DNA of 64,000 bases from Sphaerodactylus townsendi. Taxonomy: Eukaryota. Below, piece after piece: positions 12,445 to 25,020 of this stretch. How positions within the stretch are numbered: the stretch's first letter is position 1; every line of letters starts with the position of its first letter. The position numbers were made by a program, and so were the translations under genes. The notes beneath the pieces were generated by a model. The model worked only from the letters and a program-made list of their open reading frames with translations, was not told the origin of the DNA and did not search any database. The stretch lies in assembly GCF_021028975.2 (NCBI RefSeq), contig NC_059429.1:20398001-20462000 (forward strand). The letters are read 5' to 3'.

Positions 12445-13450
12445 CTGAGTCAAGCCGTTTTCAGCTACTTCCTAAGAAAAAAGAGAGACACAAATTGCAA
12501 TGCCATGTAACAAGTGAACTCAACAATCTGCACCAATATCACAAAACATTGGGACTCTCAGAAAGTAAGTGACCCAGAAAAAGAATTATTTAGTTTTTCG
12601 TTCTCTCATGCCAAAGTGTCAGCCGCCTACAGAATTACAGACCCCCCAGGAGGCTCGGATTCAACCAGAAAACTTTCTCCATTGTTCCAGAAATAGCAGT
12701 GGAATTCGATGGCTTTCAGAACAAGACACGCGCTTTAAATTAGTGAGCTGTGCAGGGGTCAGAAACGACCGACTGATTTAGATTCTCACCCCCCACTCCA
12801 CGATCATTTCACCTTCCCCTTCAAATCTCTCTCCACCCCCCGACTTCCACGTCTGCACCCTGCTTTGCCCTCCCTGAAGTGGCTTCTGCACCAGCAATCC
12901 CAAGATTCTGCAGCCAAAGGACCTCAAGCAAAATCTGCAGACTTGCAGGACAGAGAAAAATTAATCACAGGCCTAGTTATGAAGCAGTTTTAAGGACACA
13001 GGGATCCACTCCTGTTTCCATTAAGAGACATACAAATACCATGTCAGAGTGTCTGTGTTTGCTTAATGTTTGCTCTCTCGTTACACCTCTTTGGGTTAAG
13101 GGTTGTTTCTTTCCTTCTCTCCTTTTCCCATGCTGCCAACTGCAGATAATTAGAAGCCTCTCTGGCGTCTTCCCAGGAAGGGGGGTGGGCAGGTGGCCCT
13201 CTATCTCTCCAACGGCCTTGGGGTGTGGGCATTCGAGGGGACAAAGCGGAGGTCAGGTGTGCAAAGAGTGAGAACTGGCTTTAGCAAAGCCAGGTGCACG
13301 CGGTTCATTTCAATAAAGATTTCTGAGCTACAAAATCCAGAGTCTGTTGTTGAATGAGGTCGCAGACCTGACATACCAACATACCGGCCAGCAACTGTGT
13401 TGCATCCACTCCCCATTTTGCTCTCAGGTTGCTGCTCCACAGCCACCTAC

Positions 13451-13570
13451 CTCTCCATCAGAGTTCACCAGGTAAGTGCGGATGTTGGCTCCAGTGCCCC
13501 AGCTCCCCTGGCTCTTCCACACAAGGACCGATGGCGGACTGTGGGCCACTCCAGCATCAGCAGCCCAGAT
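13451..13570 (-). CDS. LMNB2: Lamin B2 exon 10 ([40 protein letters not shown])
   Basis: Lamin tail Ig-fold sequence, AG/GT, 120 nt. Confidence 0.97.
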
Positions 13571-13912
13571 CTAGAAAAGGGACAAGATAGTCATCTTCAG
13601 AGAGGGTTCACAGAGGGCATTCTTTTCCCAGTTTTCCAGAATGCAAAGACCTGGCTTCACTGTAACATCACCCCAGCCCAGGCCACCTCTCCACAACGAA
13701 AGGGGGAGCAGCTCAAGCTGGAATACCAAACATGGTATTGCTGTAGCCTCTCGCAACTGCGGGGTGCAAACGCTATACACTTCCCCTGGCCTGAAGGCAA
13801 GGCAAGGATTGGGCTTCCTACTGAGACCGCTGTAGATTAAGTGGAGCTGCACAGGAACAACCCAGCACTACATAAAGAGGTTCCTGCTATGTTGTGCATA
13901 CAAGCGCTAGGG

Positions 13913-14423
13913 CAGGGGTCGGCAGCCTTTACCACCCAAAGAGCCATTTGGACCCATTTTCCACGGCCCCAAAGATCTACCGAGCCGGAGAGGTGGCTCC
14001 GCACGGAACTGCCTCCAGTTCAGCCCCTCCACTCACCTTTCCTTCCAGTGCTGGAAGGCGAAAGCACCGGGCAGGGAAACCCCTCTACCCGACAAAGCAG
14101 GCAGCTGGCTGCTCTGTAGGACAGAGGGGGGATGGCGGCTGCTCTGGAGGGACACGCCCATGCTATCTTCTGACCTCCAGGGGTTGGAGGGCAGTGTGGG
14201 CGTGTCCCTCCAGAGCAGTGCTGGAAGGAAAGGTGAGTGGAGGGGACGCGAAAAGCGGCACTCTCACGTATGGAGCTGCCTCTGATTCCACTCAACCTTT
14301 CCTTCCACCGCTGCTCTGGAGGGACATGCCCACGCCACCCTCTGACCTCCAGGCCACGTGGAGCTGCAGTACAAGGCCAAAAGAGCCACATGCGGCTCCG
14401 GAGCCACAGGTTGCAGGCCCCTG
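13913..14423 (+). mobile_element. Non-autonomous hAT (Charlie/Buster-like) element
   Basis: TIRs CAGGGGTCGGCAGCCT...AGGTTGCAGGCCCCTG. TSD CGCTAGGG/GGCTAGGG. Internal inverted repeats. Confidence 0.88.
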
Positions 14424-14595
14424 GGCTAGGGAGACTGGCATGGGCGTGATCGTGACAAAAATATCCCTGCTGACCTAACACAGCACTATCCGTTGGTCAG
14501 AGTCCTTAACACACACACATACACCTTCCTTCATGATCACAAACAAGCTCAAATCAACACATACCAATAGCGAGTCTCAAAGAGGGATGGCTTAC

Positions 14596-14703
14596 CGTGA
14601 CAGTCTGCCCAGCCCTGAGGACATACTTTGGAGTAAACTTGTAAGCAATCTCTTCGCCATCTCCAATCCTTCTCTTCAGTCTCCAGTTGCCAAGAGACTG
14701 GTC
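14596..14703 (-). CDS. LMNB2: Lamin B2 exon 9 (DQSLGNWRLKRRIGDGEEIAYKFTPKYVLRAGQTVT)
   Basis: Ig-fold motif, AG/GT, 108 nt. Confidence 0.97.
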
Positions 14704-14898
14704 CTGACGAAGAAGAAACAACACAAAAAGGAATCTCTCAGCAGCGGAAGGTGACCTAGTACAGGTAAGTACTTCACAAATGACTGTGCTCAGACAGACT
14801 CCCAGGAGTCCACTTTGCCTGAGGCAACTGAGTGAACACTTTAGCAAGGCATCCGTTCTCAAGTTATTCTATTCCCGCTCTCATCTGAGCAAGCGTAC

Positions 14899-15184
14899 CT
14901 TGTCCGAGCGGTTCTTCAGCTGGACGTACTTCCCTTCCAAGTCTACGTCCTCGATGCTGATGCTCCCTTTGGCCGAGGCCTGCTGGGACACCTGGAAGGC
15001 GCTGCTGGCAGTGCTGCTGGTGCTCCCGGTCCCAATCCCGCTGGAGCTGCTGCGGGAAATCTCCTCCGCCTCAATCCGCTTGCGCTTCCCTCGGGAGGGG
15101 CGACCCATGGGGGTGCTGCTGCTGCTGCTGGAGGTGGCCCGGGAGACGGTGATGTGGGACTGAGGGCTGGGGGACAGCTTCAAC
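14899..15184 (-). CDS. LMNB2: Lamin B2 exon 8 (LKLSPSP...RGKRKR NLS...[10 protein letters not shown])
   Basis: Start of the tail with a basic NLS, AG/GT, 286 nt. Confidence 0.97.
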
Positions 15185-15427
15185 CTAATGTGGAAAGGCA
15201 GAGATCGAGTCACACATGGGAGACCAGATCTGACAGCATGGGATTACCTCTGCGAAATACACACAACCGTCCATCGCTGAAGTGCTGCTGGGAGAGATCC
15301 ACCACAGGTTGCAATGTCTGGTTTCTGACGCATGTGCAAAATGCATTTTTGAAAGGATCTTTAGCCCACACTTAGCGTGACTTTAGTTCCAGGAGCAGGC
15401 AGGGTCTGGTTGGGCTAGGTCCTAGCC

Positions 15428-15565
15428 CAGGGGTAGGGAACCTGCGGCTCTCCAGATGTTCAGGAACTACAATTCCCATCAGCCTCTGTCAGCATGGCCA
15501 ATTGGCCATGCTGGTAGAATGATGGGAATATGATTCCTGGCTATCTGAAAACGCAGGTTCCCCGG
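15428..15565. mobile_element. Palindromic hAT MITE with a degraded right arm
   Basis: Left arm matches the 61985 copy (CAGGGGTAGGGAACCTGCGG...ACTACAATTCCCATCAG). Confidence 0.8.
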
Positions 15566-16089
15566 GCTTAGGACAAGAGATTCATCACAGACACTACAGC
15601 CAACTCCTTTCCCAAAACATTACATAACGCCCAAGACAAAAAAGGGACACCATTCTACAACACCAAGTTGCCTTTCCTAAGAATTCAAATGTGATCTGAG
15701 CTTCCACTTTGTTTTAATCACTTGACTCTGCTACTGATTTACTCCACTTTTGAACACTTGGAACAAAATCTTGGCTCGTCTTTTTAAAAAAACCATGAGC
15801 TGTACTGGCAGACCTGTTAATAAGTGGAATGGAGAACAGGCTCATCTGAGCAGAAGGGAGAATGTTGCAAGGAGAAAGCAGCTGTAAAGAAAGATCAAAT
15901 CAAAAGAGCACACGAATCTAACTCCAACCAGATCCGCTCAGATCAGACATCATGTCAATCCTGCTTCATCTTATCAAGAGTTGGGAATGATCCTCACCGA
16001 ATGGACCGATTACTCTTGACTGGAATCTGTTTCAAGACGGCCTCTCCTTGTAATATTCCCCTGCCCCTTTGTTTAAATGAATGACGAAC

Positions 16090-16220
16090 AGTTCACACAT
16101 CTGACGAAGTGGCCTCTGACTCAGGAAAGCTTTTTTCATAACACCTGTGTTGTTAAGTTTTCAACATACCACTGGACTTTAATTTTGCTGCTGCAGGCCA
16201 ACACAGCTACCCTTCTGACT
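16090..16220 (+). mobile_element. Penelope-like terminal fragment with a hammerhead remnant
   Basis: CTGACGA-AGTGGCCTCTGACTCAG-GAAAGCTT (16101-16132), followed by a CAACACAGCTACCC-type end. Confidence 0.6.
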
Positions 16221-16646
16221 TTGCCTTGTTAGCTTAGTGGAGGACTCTGTATGGACAGGCACCTCCACAGCACTGTCAGTATGATGCGTGCCCAGGAGCC
16301 TTCTCTCACTCAAGAACAAGTTATCTCTTCACCCATGGAACAGCAAGAGCATCCAGCTGCCTAAAGCAGCCATTACCAGGTGGGAGGGAAGGCTGCCCCC
16401 TCCTTCCTGAGAAGCCACAAAGGCAAGGCATAGTCGTAACCTGCATTATCAAGCAATGTTCCCTCTCAACTAGAGGTCGCATTTTCAGCTTTGGGATTCC
16501 CTCCAGCTAAAGCTGAGCAAAAAAATATAAGGCCATCAAGGTTGGACGGATAGACCGTGAAACCCTTCTGCAGAGAACCTCGCCAGGCTGACTCGGGAGA
16601 CTTCTCTCCCACTTTCCCCCGGGAAAGATTCCTCGGTGGGGCTTAC

Positions 16647-16867
16647 CTCTCCTCTTCTCCTTCCAGGAGCTTCCGGTAAGCACTGATCTCCATGTCCAGG
16701 GCCAGCTTGACGTCCAGGAGCTCCTGGTACTCCAAGAGCTGCTGCTGCATCTGGTCTCGCATTTCCGTCATCTCCCTCTCCTTGGCATCCAGCATCTTCC
16801 TGAATTTCTCTCGCTCGTTGGCCATCAGCTCTTCCAGCTCCCGGATCCGTTCTTCGGCAACATTAGC
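16647..16867 (-). CDS. LMNB2: Lamin B2 exon 7 ([12 protein letters not shown]...[18 protein letters not shown])
   Basis: Intermediate-filament rod-end signature [13 protein letters not shown], 221 nt. Confidence 0.98.
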
Positions 16868-17655
16868 CTGCCCCGGAGGAGGGGAAGTGGAGAAAGGAGA
16901 GAATGCGGAGCTTAAGACTGGGGTCTAGGAAGTGTGAGTCCTGGAGGGTGTGGGGAGAACTAGCCTCAGTTTCTATAGAAGGAGGCGTTAGAGCGTGAAC
17001 TTCATGGGTTATAAGGGGAGGAGACACTCTGACTTCACAGACTGATGTAGAGCACTGGCATGGCTACCTTAGCAGTAAGATTGAGTGCAAAGAGGATATT
17101 GTGAATGCTCCATCAACATTAGCAGCAAAATGCCAATACAGAAGCTTAGCAGTACAGTCTAAGACTCTCGCCCCAAAATAAACAATGTGGGGGTACAGCT
17201 GGGTCATGAGGACTGCACTTATATCTGAGGAAGCCTGCAAGGATTACAGGGGGGATCCCATCTCCCCCCATCTGAATCGTGGCTCCAGGCCCCACCATCC
17301 ATCTTAAGCCCAGCAGCGACAGTGTCCGGGAGCTGCTCTGAGTACCCTAACGTGGCAGGAAAATCTGTTTAGTGTCCATGTGGTCATGATCAACAGATTT
17401 AGGTATCCACAGATGAGGGTCACATGTCACTATCAGAAGCATACATATTTCAGTCAGTTATGCAAAAGGTGCAGATGTGCACAGGATCTGACCTCTCCTT
17501 ACTTCTAGACTTACTACGGAGCTGGGGAACATGGAACAGACACCCTCACAGAGTTAAAAGCAACGGGGGAGTGATGTGTGTCTGGGGGTGGTGGTGGTGG
17601 AAGTTGTTGCAGAAGAAGTGGTGCTGAAAGAAATGTTCATCTGCTTCCGCCTCAC

Positions 17656-17781
17656 CTGCTTTTGTAGCCCAGAGAGCTGGTAGCTGAGGGACTCTATCCT
17701 CATGCGAGCCTCCTTCAGCTCCTCCCGGGCAGCACTGGCAGCCTTGTCGTTTTGATCAGAGCAGAGCTTGGCATTCTCCAG
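17656..17781 (-). CDS. LMNB2: Lamin B2 exon 6 ([13 protein letters not shown]...LSGLQKQ)
   Basis: Coil 2 sequence, AG/GT, 126 nt. Confidence 0.97.
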
Positions 17782-18151
17782 CTGGAACAACAGGGACACC
17801 ACAAGTCACTCCTCAGAGCTGACGACAACAGCCTATTATCAGCCTCTAAAGCAGGGCGTAACAAATGTAGTGGACGCCTAAAAAGGGAGGGCTCCCAAGT
17901 GCAGCCTGGGCTTGAGGTAATAATGAAAGAGGATCTCTGAAGCATGGAGAAAACTCTGTGGAAAGACCACATCCGGCAGGCAGTTCAAATGGACCCATCC
18001 AAGACCGTAGCAGCATGTGCCCTTCTCATCCATGGTGTCAATAACTTCTCAAGAACTCTGTTTTACATCTGAAAGGCTGGCTTCAACAGAATGGGATGAC
18101 AGCCAGACTCTTGGGAGGGAGGCTCTGTGGGCAGTTTCTCAGCAGACTCAC

Positions 18152-18322
18152 CTTGGCCTGGTAGGTCTGCTCCAACTCCAGCTTGTAGAGTCGGACCTGC
18201 TCTTCGTGCTGGCCGCGCAAATCCTCCAGGGCCTGGGCCATCTTGGACTGGTACTCATACTTTTGGCCGCTGTCCACTTCTACCAGGTGGCGCTCGTGCC
18301 GCTTCTGGGTCTCCCTCACTTC
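18152..18322 (-). CDS. LMNB2: Lamin B2 exon 5 (EVRETQKRHERHLVEVDSG...LEQTYQAK)
   Basis: Linker and coil 2 sequence, AG/GT, 171 nt. Confidence 0.97.
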
Positions 18323-18561
18323 CTACATGAAGTCAAGCCAGACAAGGTCCCAGATTAAGGGGTTCAAAAACACAAGCGCGAAAAAGGTGGCTCGAGTACC
18401 AGGTGGGGTGACAGAGCCTAGCCAATAGCTGCTGACCCCATCCGCCAAGGCACCACCTCTGAAACTAGAATGCCAACGCATGCTTCCTTGCCTATTAGAA
18501 TTGAATTGTCTGCCCTGGAAATGCTCAACCTCAAACTGAAAGCTATCCCTAACTTGGCTAG

Positions 18562-18742
18562 CCCCAGGCTATCAGATCTCAGATGCTAAGCAGGATTGGC
18601 CTTGGTTAGTACTTTGATGGGCAGCCTTCAAGGAACACCAGGGTTTTGACACAGAGGAAGGCAACTGCAAGCCACCTCCCAACATCCCTTCCCTTGAAAA
18701 CCTTATAGGGTTGCCAGAAGTTAGTTGCAACTTGACAGCACA
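18562..18742 (+). mobile_element. 5S rRNA-derived SINE
   Basis: CAGATCTCAGATGCTAAGCAGG...TGGTTAGTACTT resembles the 5S internal control region. It is joined to a non-5S tail (CCTTGAAAACC) shared with other copies. Confidence 0.75.
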
Positions 18743-18979
18743 CACACACACACCACTTGAAAGCATGGAATCTTGAGCATCCTCTAATCCTCTCCCTACC
18801 CCTTCCAACATAGGCTGGTCTCTCTGCACCTGCAGCCCCCTACACCCCCCCCCCTTCATGTCAATGTGGGTTCCACCACTGGGGCCCTCATGCCCTGCTT
18901 GTGACAACAGAATCCCCACCTACCAAGGTGCCATGGAATGACCTTCCGCATTAGGAGCATTCCAGGCTGATCAGCCTAC

Positions 18980-19105
18980 CTCATCGAAAATGCTCTTCCT
19001 GAAGTCAAGCTCCTCCTGCAGGCTCTGGCAGCGATTCTCCATGTCCACCCTCATCAGCGTCTCCTTCTCCAGCTGCTTCTTGGCCACCGCGTGGGCGTCT
19101 TCGGA
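18980..19105 (-). CDS. LMNB2: Lamin B2 exon 4 ([42 protein letters not shown])
   Basis: Coil 1B, AG/GT, 126 nt. Confidence 0.97.
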
Positions 19106-20999
19106 CTGGGTGGGAAGAGGTCAGAGGCAGGGAGGATTCAGTTTTGTGTGACACGGGGAGGAAAAAATACTCTCTCTCACACAGAAACATGAAGTATTAG
19201 ATCAGCAAGCCAATTGGTTTTAGTTTTTTTCTCCTAAGTGAAGACATATCTTTTCTCCAAGTGCTGAAAGGCATCAGAACAGACGCACCCAGACAGAAAA
19301 ATCTCTCCAGAAACCTGCATTTTGGGGGCATCACATGAAGCTAAGTGGTTGTTAGATCTGTTGAGAAAAAGGAACAATATACTCCAGCTTCTCCCAACTC
19401 CAGACTCTCAGCCCACCATTTCCCCACGCAGGGATCAACTTCAAGTAAAAGAACTGAGCTAATCGTAGCCTGCCTTCATTTACTGGAAATCTCCCAAAAT
19501 CTCAACCCTGAAAACTCTTTCCATCTACCCCTTTTTACGGCAAGCACGTTGACTTTCAATTTTCCTCAGTATAAATGAAGATGTCCTGAAAGACGGGAAA
19601 GAATCCAAGTCCACCTGAGTTCACAAACATTTACAGAGACCCAACGTATGCAGCACCTGTGGTCATCAAACTGGACTACTCTGCAGAAGTGCTGCCAGAA
19701 GGTTCACAGCAGCAGGACAGGCTTCCTCCAAGCATTGCTGAAGATTGCAGGGTCCCAGCATCCTTATAGCACGTCTATTATAATGCAGTGCTGCTTAGGA
19801 TTACTCCAGAAACTTGTGCATACACACCAGCATTGCAAGTAGCCCTCTAATCCATTACAATAATTTCCAGAGCCAAATACCACCTCTTAAGACTACTTTG
19901 CTTGCTTTAATAATGTGTCAGTATGTGAACAGTTAGTTGTGAGTTGCTAATCAGGGGAAGAGAGGAAGGTTGTTCGTAAAAATACATATGGACAGAATGC
20001 ATGGAGAAAAAACAATGGCTATGTATGCCAGAGAAAATAGCTTCACTAAATAAATAAGGCATCCAAGGTATACTAGCACCATCTACTGGCCACCAGTGGA
20101 AGCATCAGAATGTTCACAACAATTTACAGGTTGCAGCATCCAGGGGAAAAATACAAGAACAGATAAGGAATCCCATAGCTTCAAATAATTCTAAGGTTGC
20201 ACAATCAGGATCGAAAGAAAGATCAATCAAAAGACACACTTAACTCTGACCCATGCAGAGATGGAACCTAGCCACTTCCACCCCCCAAAACAAGGCAACC
20301 AAGCCACAGAAAGAGCTAGCAGACACATACTCCCAAGAGCATGAGCCCCAGGGTTCATCTGAGCACTCTGAAACAGAATCACTGGGAAAAGGACCACTAT
20401 GAACCCCAGCCAAGGTCAGGCTGTTTGCATGGCTGAAGCTTTGGCCCTTTATAGAAGAGACATAGGAGAGACACAAATGCTCAAGTAGGAAAGCTACATG
20501 CTATGGCTTCACACAATCTCAAGTACTCAGCTTTACATACAATAAATAATATACTAGGTGTGCTGTTTCTGAAAATCACCCCTGGGTTCTGCATTGTAAA
20601 TCCAACAAGGTAGCCTGCAAGAAAACATCCGTTCTGATTGGTGAACAACCTAAATGTGACAATGGCAATGCTCCTGGAACTGTGAACAGAAGGTTCTGAT
20701 AATTTTTGTCCTGCAGAAACCTGGTGCATAGGAGCACGGCTCTACAGGATACATTCCCAACTCAGGTTCTATGCTAAACAAATTTAGATTAAGGAAAAAG
20801 GTATCACCTTTACTGACTGAAGAAATGCAACACTGTACAATCCAGCAAGTAAAGAACAGGAAACACACCCTCTCTCCCCGCCAGCGCTGTGTCTAGCCAG
20901 TTAAGACTGTCATTGTCAAATCTAGCCAGCGCCCCAGCATTTCATTTGAGTCACACCACTCACCACTACCAAAACCTGCACCAGCACCAGCAGTTTTAC

Positions 21000-21156
21000 C
21001 TTAGCCAGCTGGGAACGCAAATCCGCCAACTCGGCCTCCAGGTTGCGCTTGTCAGTCAGGGTGGTCGTGAGCTCTGCTTCGCTTCTATGGAAGAGGACTT
21101 CAAGCTCTTTGATGCGACCCTGAGATGTGGACCACTCGCCATCTTTCTTTTTATAG
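21000..21156 (-). CDS. LMNB2: Lamin B2 exon 3 (YKKKDGEWSTSQGRIKELE...LRSQLAK)
   Basis: Coil 1B, AG/GT, 157 nt, phase matches exons 2 and 4. Confidence 0.96.
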
Positions 21157-22902
21157 CTAGGAAAACCGACAAGAGAGACATCAGCATCAGCTTCACCATC
21201 AGTGCAGAGGTAACAAACGCCACTTGGGGTCTTAGTGAGTGCAGCTTCAAGCCATCAGCTGTTGCATGGAGGCATCGACCCACACAAAGACTCAGAAAGA
21301 AGGACTTACTGTGCATTCTCCCATTCTCAGCCATGGAAGGAGAGTTACTCTTGGAGCAGATCAGGTTATACAGCCTACGTTTGGTCAGCAAAGTTTGGTC
21401 AGCAAAGTTTTGATTTACTTATGAGTCAGCCAAATCTGACTGTTCTCATAGTCAAATACATTTTCTTTCCTTTTTCTTTCTTTTTTGGGGGGGGGGGGGA
21501 CGCTCCCACCCAATAATTTATCCCAATATTTTTGTTATTGTGACTGCTCTCTGTCCATATATTAGGAGGTCTGCTGCAGAATGGCAGAAAATTGGAAACG
21601 ATGCATATTAATACAACAAAGAGCACTCCAGGATAATGGCACTAACTCATTTGCACCAACACAGCTAAGTTGTCCAAAACCATAAAGAAACAGGAGAACT
21701 AAGGTGATGGAAGGTGATGGAAGGAAACCTCTTCCTTTGGGACAGGAAGGTCATCCCAAAAAAAGGAGGGAGAGACTTTCAAAAAAACCTTGGATACAAG
21801 GAAGATGGGTCTCTTCCATTTGGGGCAGCTGTTCAAAGGGTAACATACTATGATGGACTAAGCTTTCACTAAGGGACTCCATCTTGTCCACAAGGCAGGC
21901 AATGTTGGACAACAGTCCCAACCAGCAAGTCTAAGGTAATGATGAACTTATTGCCACATCCAGTAAAGCCAGCCTATCCTAATATTCAACAACACTATTT
22001 TGGAAGCACCTAGTGCGGGAAAGAAGACTGCAGGTTTTCACCTTTTCTTTGTTCCCTCATTAACCAGAATAACTTGAGCAGAATGTGTATGCTCTTTTAT
22101 TCATTTATTAAAGTTTCTTATGTCATAAAAAGATGCTCCAAGTCTGATCTCTGGAAAAACACCACCCCTCTTTAGTCTTGCTACCTGAAGTGGGGTACTG
22201 AAAAGGGGCAGCAGCCCTGGGCCAAGATAGCTGGAAAGTGTGAAGCTTTGGCCTGCTGAGCAACATTAAAGTATGCACCAAAAGGGAGAGGGCATTCCAA
22301 AATAAAGGTACCACCACTGAAAAAGTTCTAGCTGAGAGCAGCTTCATTTCTGCACGCAAAGCGTGGAGGGCGGGGCTTGGGAACAGGCTCTTAGTTCATG
22401 AGCTGGAGGGGAAGGTTCTTTCAGGCAACAGTGCCAGAGGGGAAGGTTCTTTCAGGCAACAGGCTCCATAAAGAAGCACTTATAGCCCTGAGATGGGTTC
22501 AGTTGACCCAGACTATAGCTAACAAGAGCACCTAGAACAGTCCAGTAATGACTATCGTGGAAATGAGGCGGAAAGAAGGAAGATCTAGATGCCAAGGACA
22601 CCTTCTTAAAGTGCAACAAAGCAAGGTGTGGTATTTCAAATAGAGAAACTCAGTGGAGGTGGAAGGGTTAAATTTTCCCTTGCACAAGGCAAAACTGAGG
22701 CTGCATGATCCCTATAACTATAAATATGTCTACTGATCTTCATCTCCTCTGCTGGAGCCTTAAGTGTTGCCAAACCCTCAGCCAAATCCCTGATAAAGAA
22801 TACGGGGTGGGTCCTGATGCTGTCATATATTTCACAGTGCTGCCTGCTTAAGCCAGATAAATTCTGGGTCACATAATCAAATTGTACACCCACACTATAG
22901 CA

Positions 22903-23006
22903 CAGTGGTGGCGAACCTTTGGCACTCCAGATGTTATGGACTACAATTCCCATCAGCCCCTGCCAGCATGGCCAATTGACCATGCTGGCAGGGGCTGATG
23001 GGAATT
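22903..23006. mobile_element. Palindromic hAT MITE, right end truncated
   Basis: CAGTGGTGGCGAACCTTTGGCACTCCAGATG...ACTACAATTCCCATCAGCCCCTG plus part of the inverted arm. Confidence 0.8.
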
Positions 23007-23997
23007 ATCAATCCCAGTAACCCCTAGAATATAAGATGCATCTCCCTGTAACTATAACAGGACTTGCTGTTAAGAGCAGGAGCTAACATAGTTCCAAGAG
23101 GCCCCATATCTCTGCCCTTCGGTGGCTGGCTGATCTGTGCCCATGCATAACGGCCACCCCACCTCCACCTCTGCACACCTTCAGTATGTGCAGGAATGCA
23201 AAACCAAAGGGAGGAATCATTCCTGGCCTTTTCCCAGGAGCATTCCTGGGCTCCCTTTCACGTATGTTATCATCACACCAGACAAGGATGACAGACTACA
23301 GTCTGGGAAGATCGTATTTTAGAGCATCCGGAACAGTAAGAAAGTGACCAATGCAAACGGATGGAAGGCCACTGACCTGAACCCACCCAAGAGGTTCCTG
23401 GGCTAAGCGCAGCAACCTGGCACCTGCACCAACTACCACGTTTTAGCTGCCACTGACCATGGTGGAATTTTCCCAGAGTTTTCAATTCATGGTCGACAGG
23501 AGAAAATAAAAGAAGCAAACATAGTGCGAGCAACAGTGCAGAGGTGGGGGGAGGGGGAGGCCAGGGCATGGGGGGCCGGGGGGAAGACTATCATTGAGGG
23601 ATCAGTTGTCTGTGAAAATCCTATGCAATCTGGCCCCACCTGATTTGAAAGCCTCACTTAACAGCATCTGAGACTTACTCCACAGCTGAAAGAGCGTGAC
23701 TGATTTTCAGTTTAGTGAAAATACCACCCAACTTTGCAGCAGCTTAGAATGCCAAGGTCTTAGCAATCATACAGGACCTGGAATCCAGTACTGAGTGATA
23801 AAGGTCAAGGATACAGCATAATAGGGAGAACATGCCAGCAGCAGATTTTTTATTTGATTTTAGGAAAAAAGCTTTTCGAACCTACAGCTCCTCTGGCAAA
23901 AGCACCACGCAGATCCACACACTGCAAAGCAGAGGACAGAATATTTGGCATACTTCATACCAGTCTGCAAAATTAAAAGTCTTGGTATGCTAACAAT

Positions 23998-24200
23998 GCC
24001 TTGACCTGGATAGCCCAGACTAGCCTGATCTTGTCAGATCTCAGAAGAATGGACACTCCTGGTTGGTATTTGGATAGGAGAGCACCGGGAAAGACCAGGG
24101 CCGCTACGCGGAGGCAGGCAATGGCAAACCACCACGTAACATTTCTTGCCTCGAAAACCCCACCAGGTCACCATAAGTAAGTTCCTGATTGACATTAAAA
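23998..24200 (+). mobile_element. 5S rRNA-derived SINE
   Basis: CCTGATCTTGTCAGATCTCAGAAG...CCTGGTTGGTATTTGGAT plus the shared GGCAATGGCAAACCAC tail. Confidence 0.75.
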
Positions 24201-24725
24201 AAACACCTAACTGGCACAGAGTCAAAAAAGTATTGCGTGTTCAGACCAAGTGCATATTTCGGCTTTAAAGAAACAAGGTGTCACGAGCAGTGCCTGCAAG
24301 CCAAGCTGGCTGTCGAGAGTAGTTCGTTTGTACAGGTTTCTAACAGTCAGCACGAATGCGCTAGAAAAAGAACAGGAAGTAGGGCTGAAGCAGACTAAAT
24401 GGAAAGATTCATTTGGTGCCTGGTATCGCCGCTTGGAAGGGGTGTCCCCACTTCTGTATCTTGCAAGGAGGCAAGCTTAAGAGATCGTAGCAATTTCATC
24501 TTTGTAACACGTATTTGCACATAAACAACCTAAGCGGAAATCAGCGCTCAGGACTATTTTCACATAAATATGAAGGGAGCAATGGGGGACTAGCAAAGGG
24601 GTTATTGATAAGGAAGCTGAGGAAACGTTTACATGCAAGTGTGTGCAACGAAAGTACTAATGGATGAACAGAGAGGATGATCCTCTGTTTAACTTCAGAC
24701 TAGCTTACAGCTTCAGATTTTTCAT

Positions 24726-25020
24726 ATAGAATCATAGAGTTAGAAGGGGCTATGTAGGTCATCTAGTCCAACCCACCGATCAATGCAGTGTCACCCTAGA
24801 ACATCTCTGTCAAGTGTTTGTCCTGCTGCTTGAAGATTGCCAGTGAGAAGGAGCTTGCTACCTTTCTGGGCAGTCCATTCCATTGCTGTAGTCTTTCTAC
24901 AAAGCATTTTTCCTAATGTCTACCCTTCTGCCATCATTTATACCCATTATTGTGAGTCCTATCTTCTGCTGCCAAGAACAGCTCACTGCCCTTCTCTAAG
25001 TGAAAGCCCTTCAAATAATT
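24726..25020 (-). mobile_element. CR1 LINE 3' fragment
   Basis: ATAGAATCATAGAGTT tail, similar to 4299-4835. Confidence 0.75.

Noticed and set aside
13894-14481. Overlapping 194-aa and 153-aa ORFs
   Set aside because: They coincide with a GC-rich hAT element and show no protein motifs.
16101-16135. Active intronic hammerhead ribozyme
   Set aside because: The stem II closing pair and the cleavage-site context are disrupted, and it is antisense to LMNB2. Kept only as a remnant.
18562-18645. 5S rRNA gene (also at ~24020, ~31720 and ~63110)
   Set aside because: Partial, diverged and fused to a shared non-5S tail, so a 5S-derived SINE.
18323-18979. Lamin B3-type alternative first exon in LMNB2 intron 4
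   Set aside because: The intron is short and partly SINE, and I saw no convincing ATG-initiated exon with a donor.
23545-23583. G-quadruplex-like G-run cluster
   Set aside because: G-runs are frequent throughout the window, and nothing indicates a specific function.
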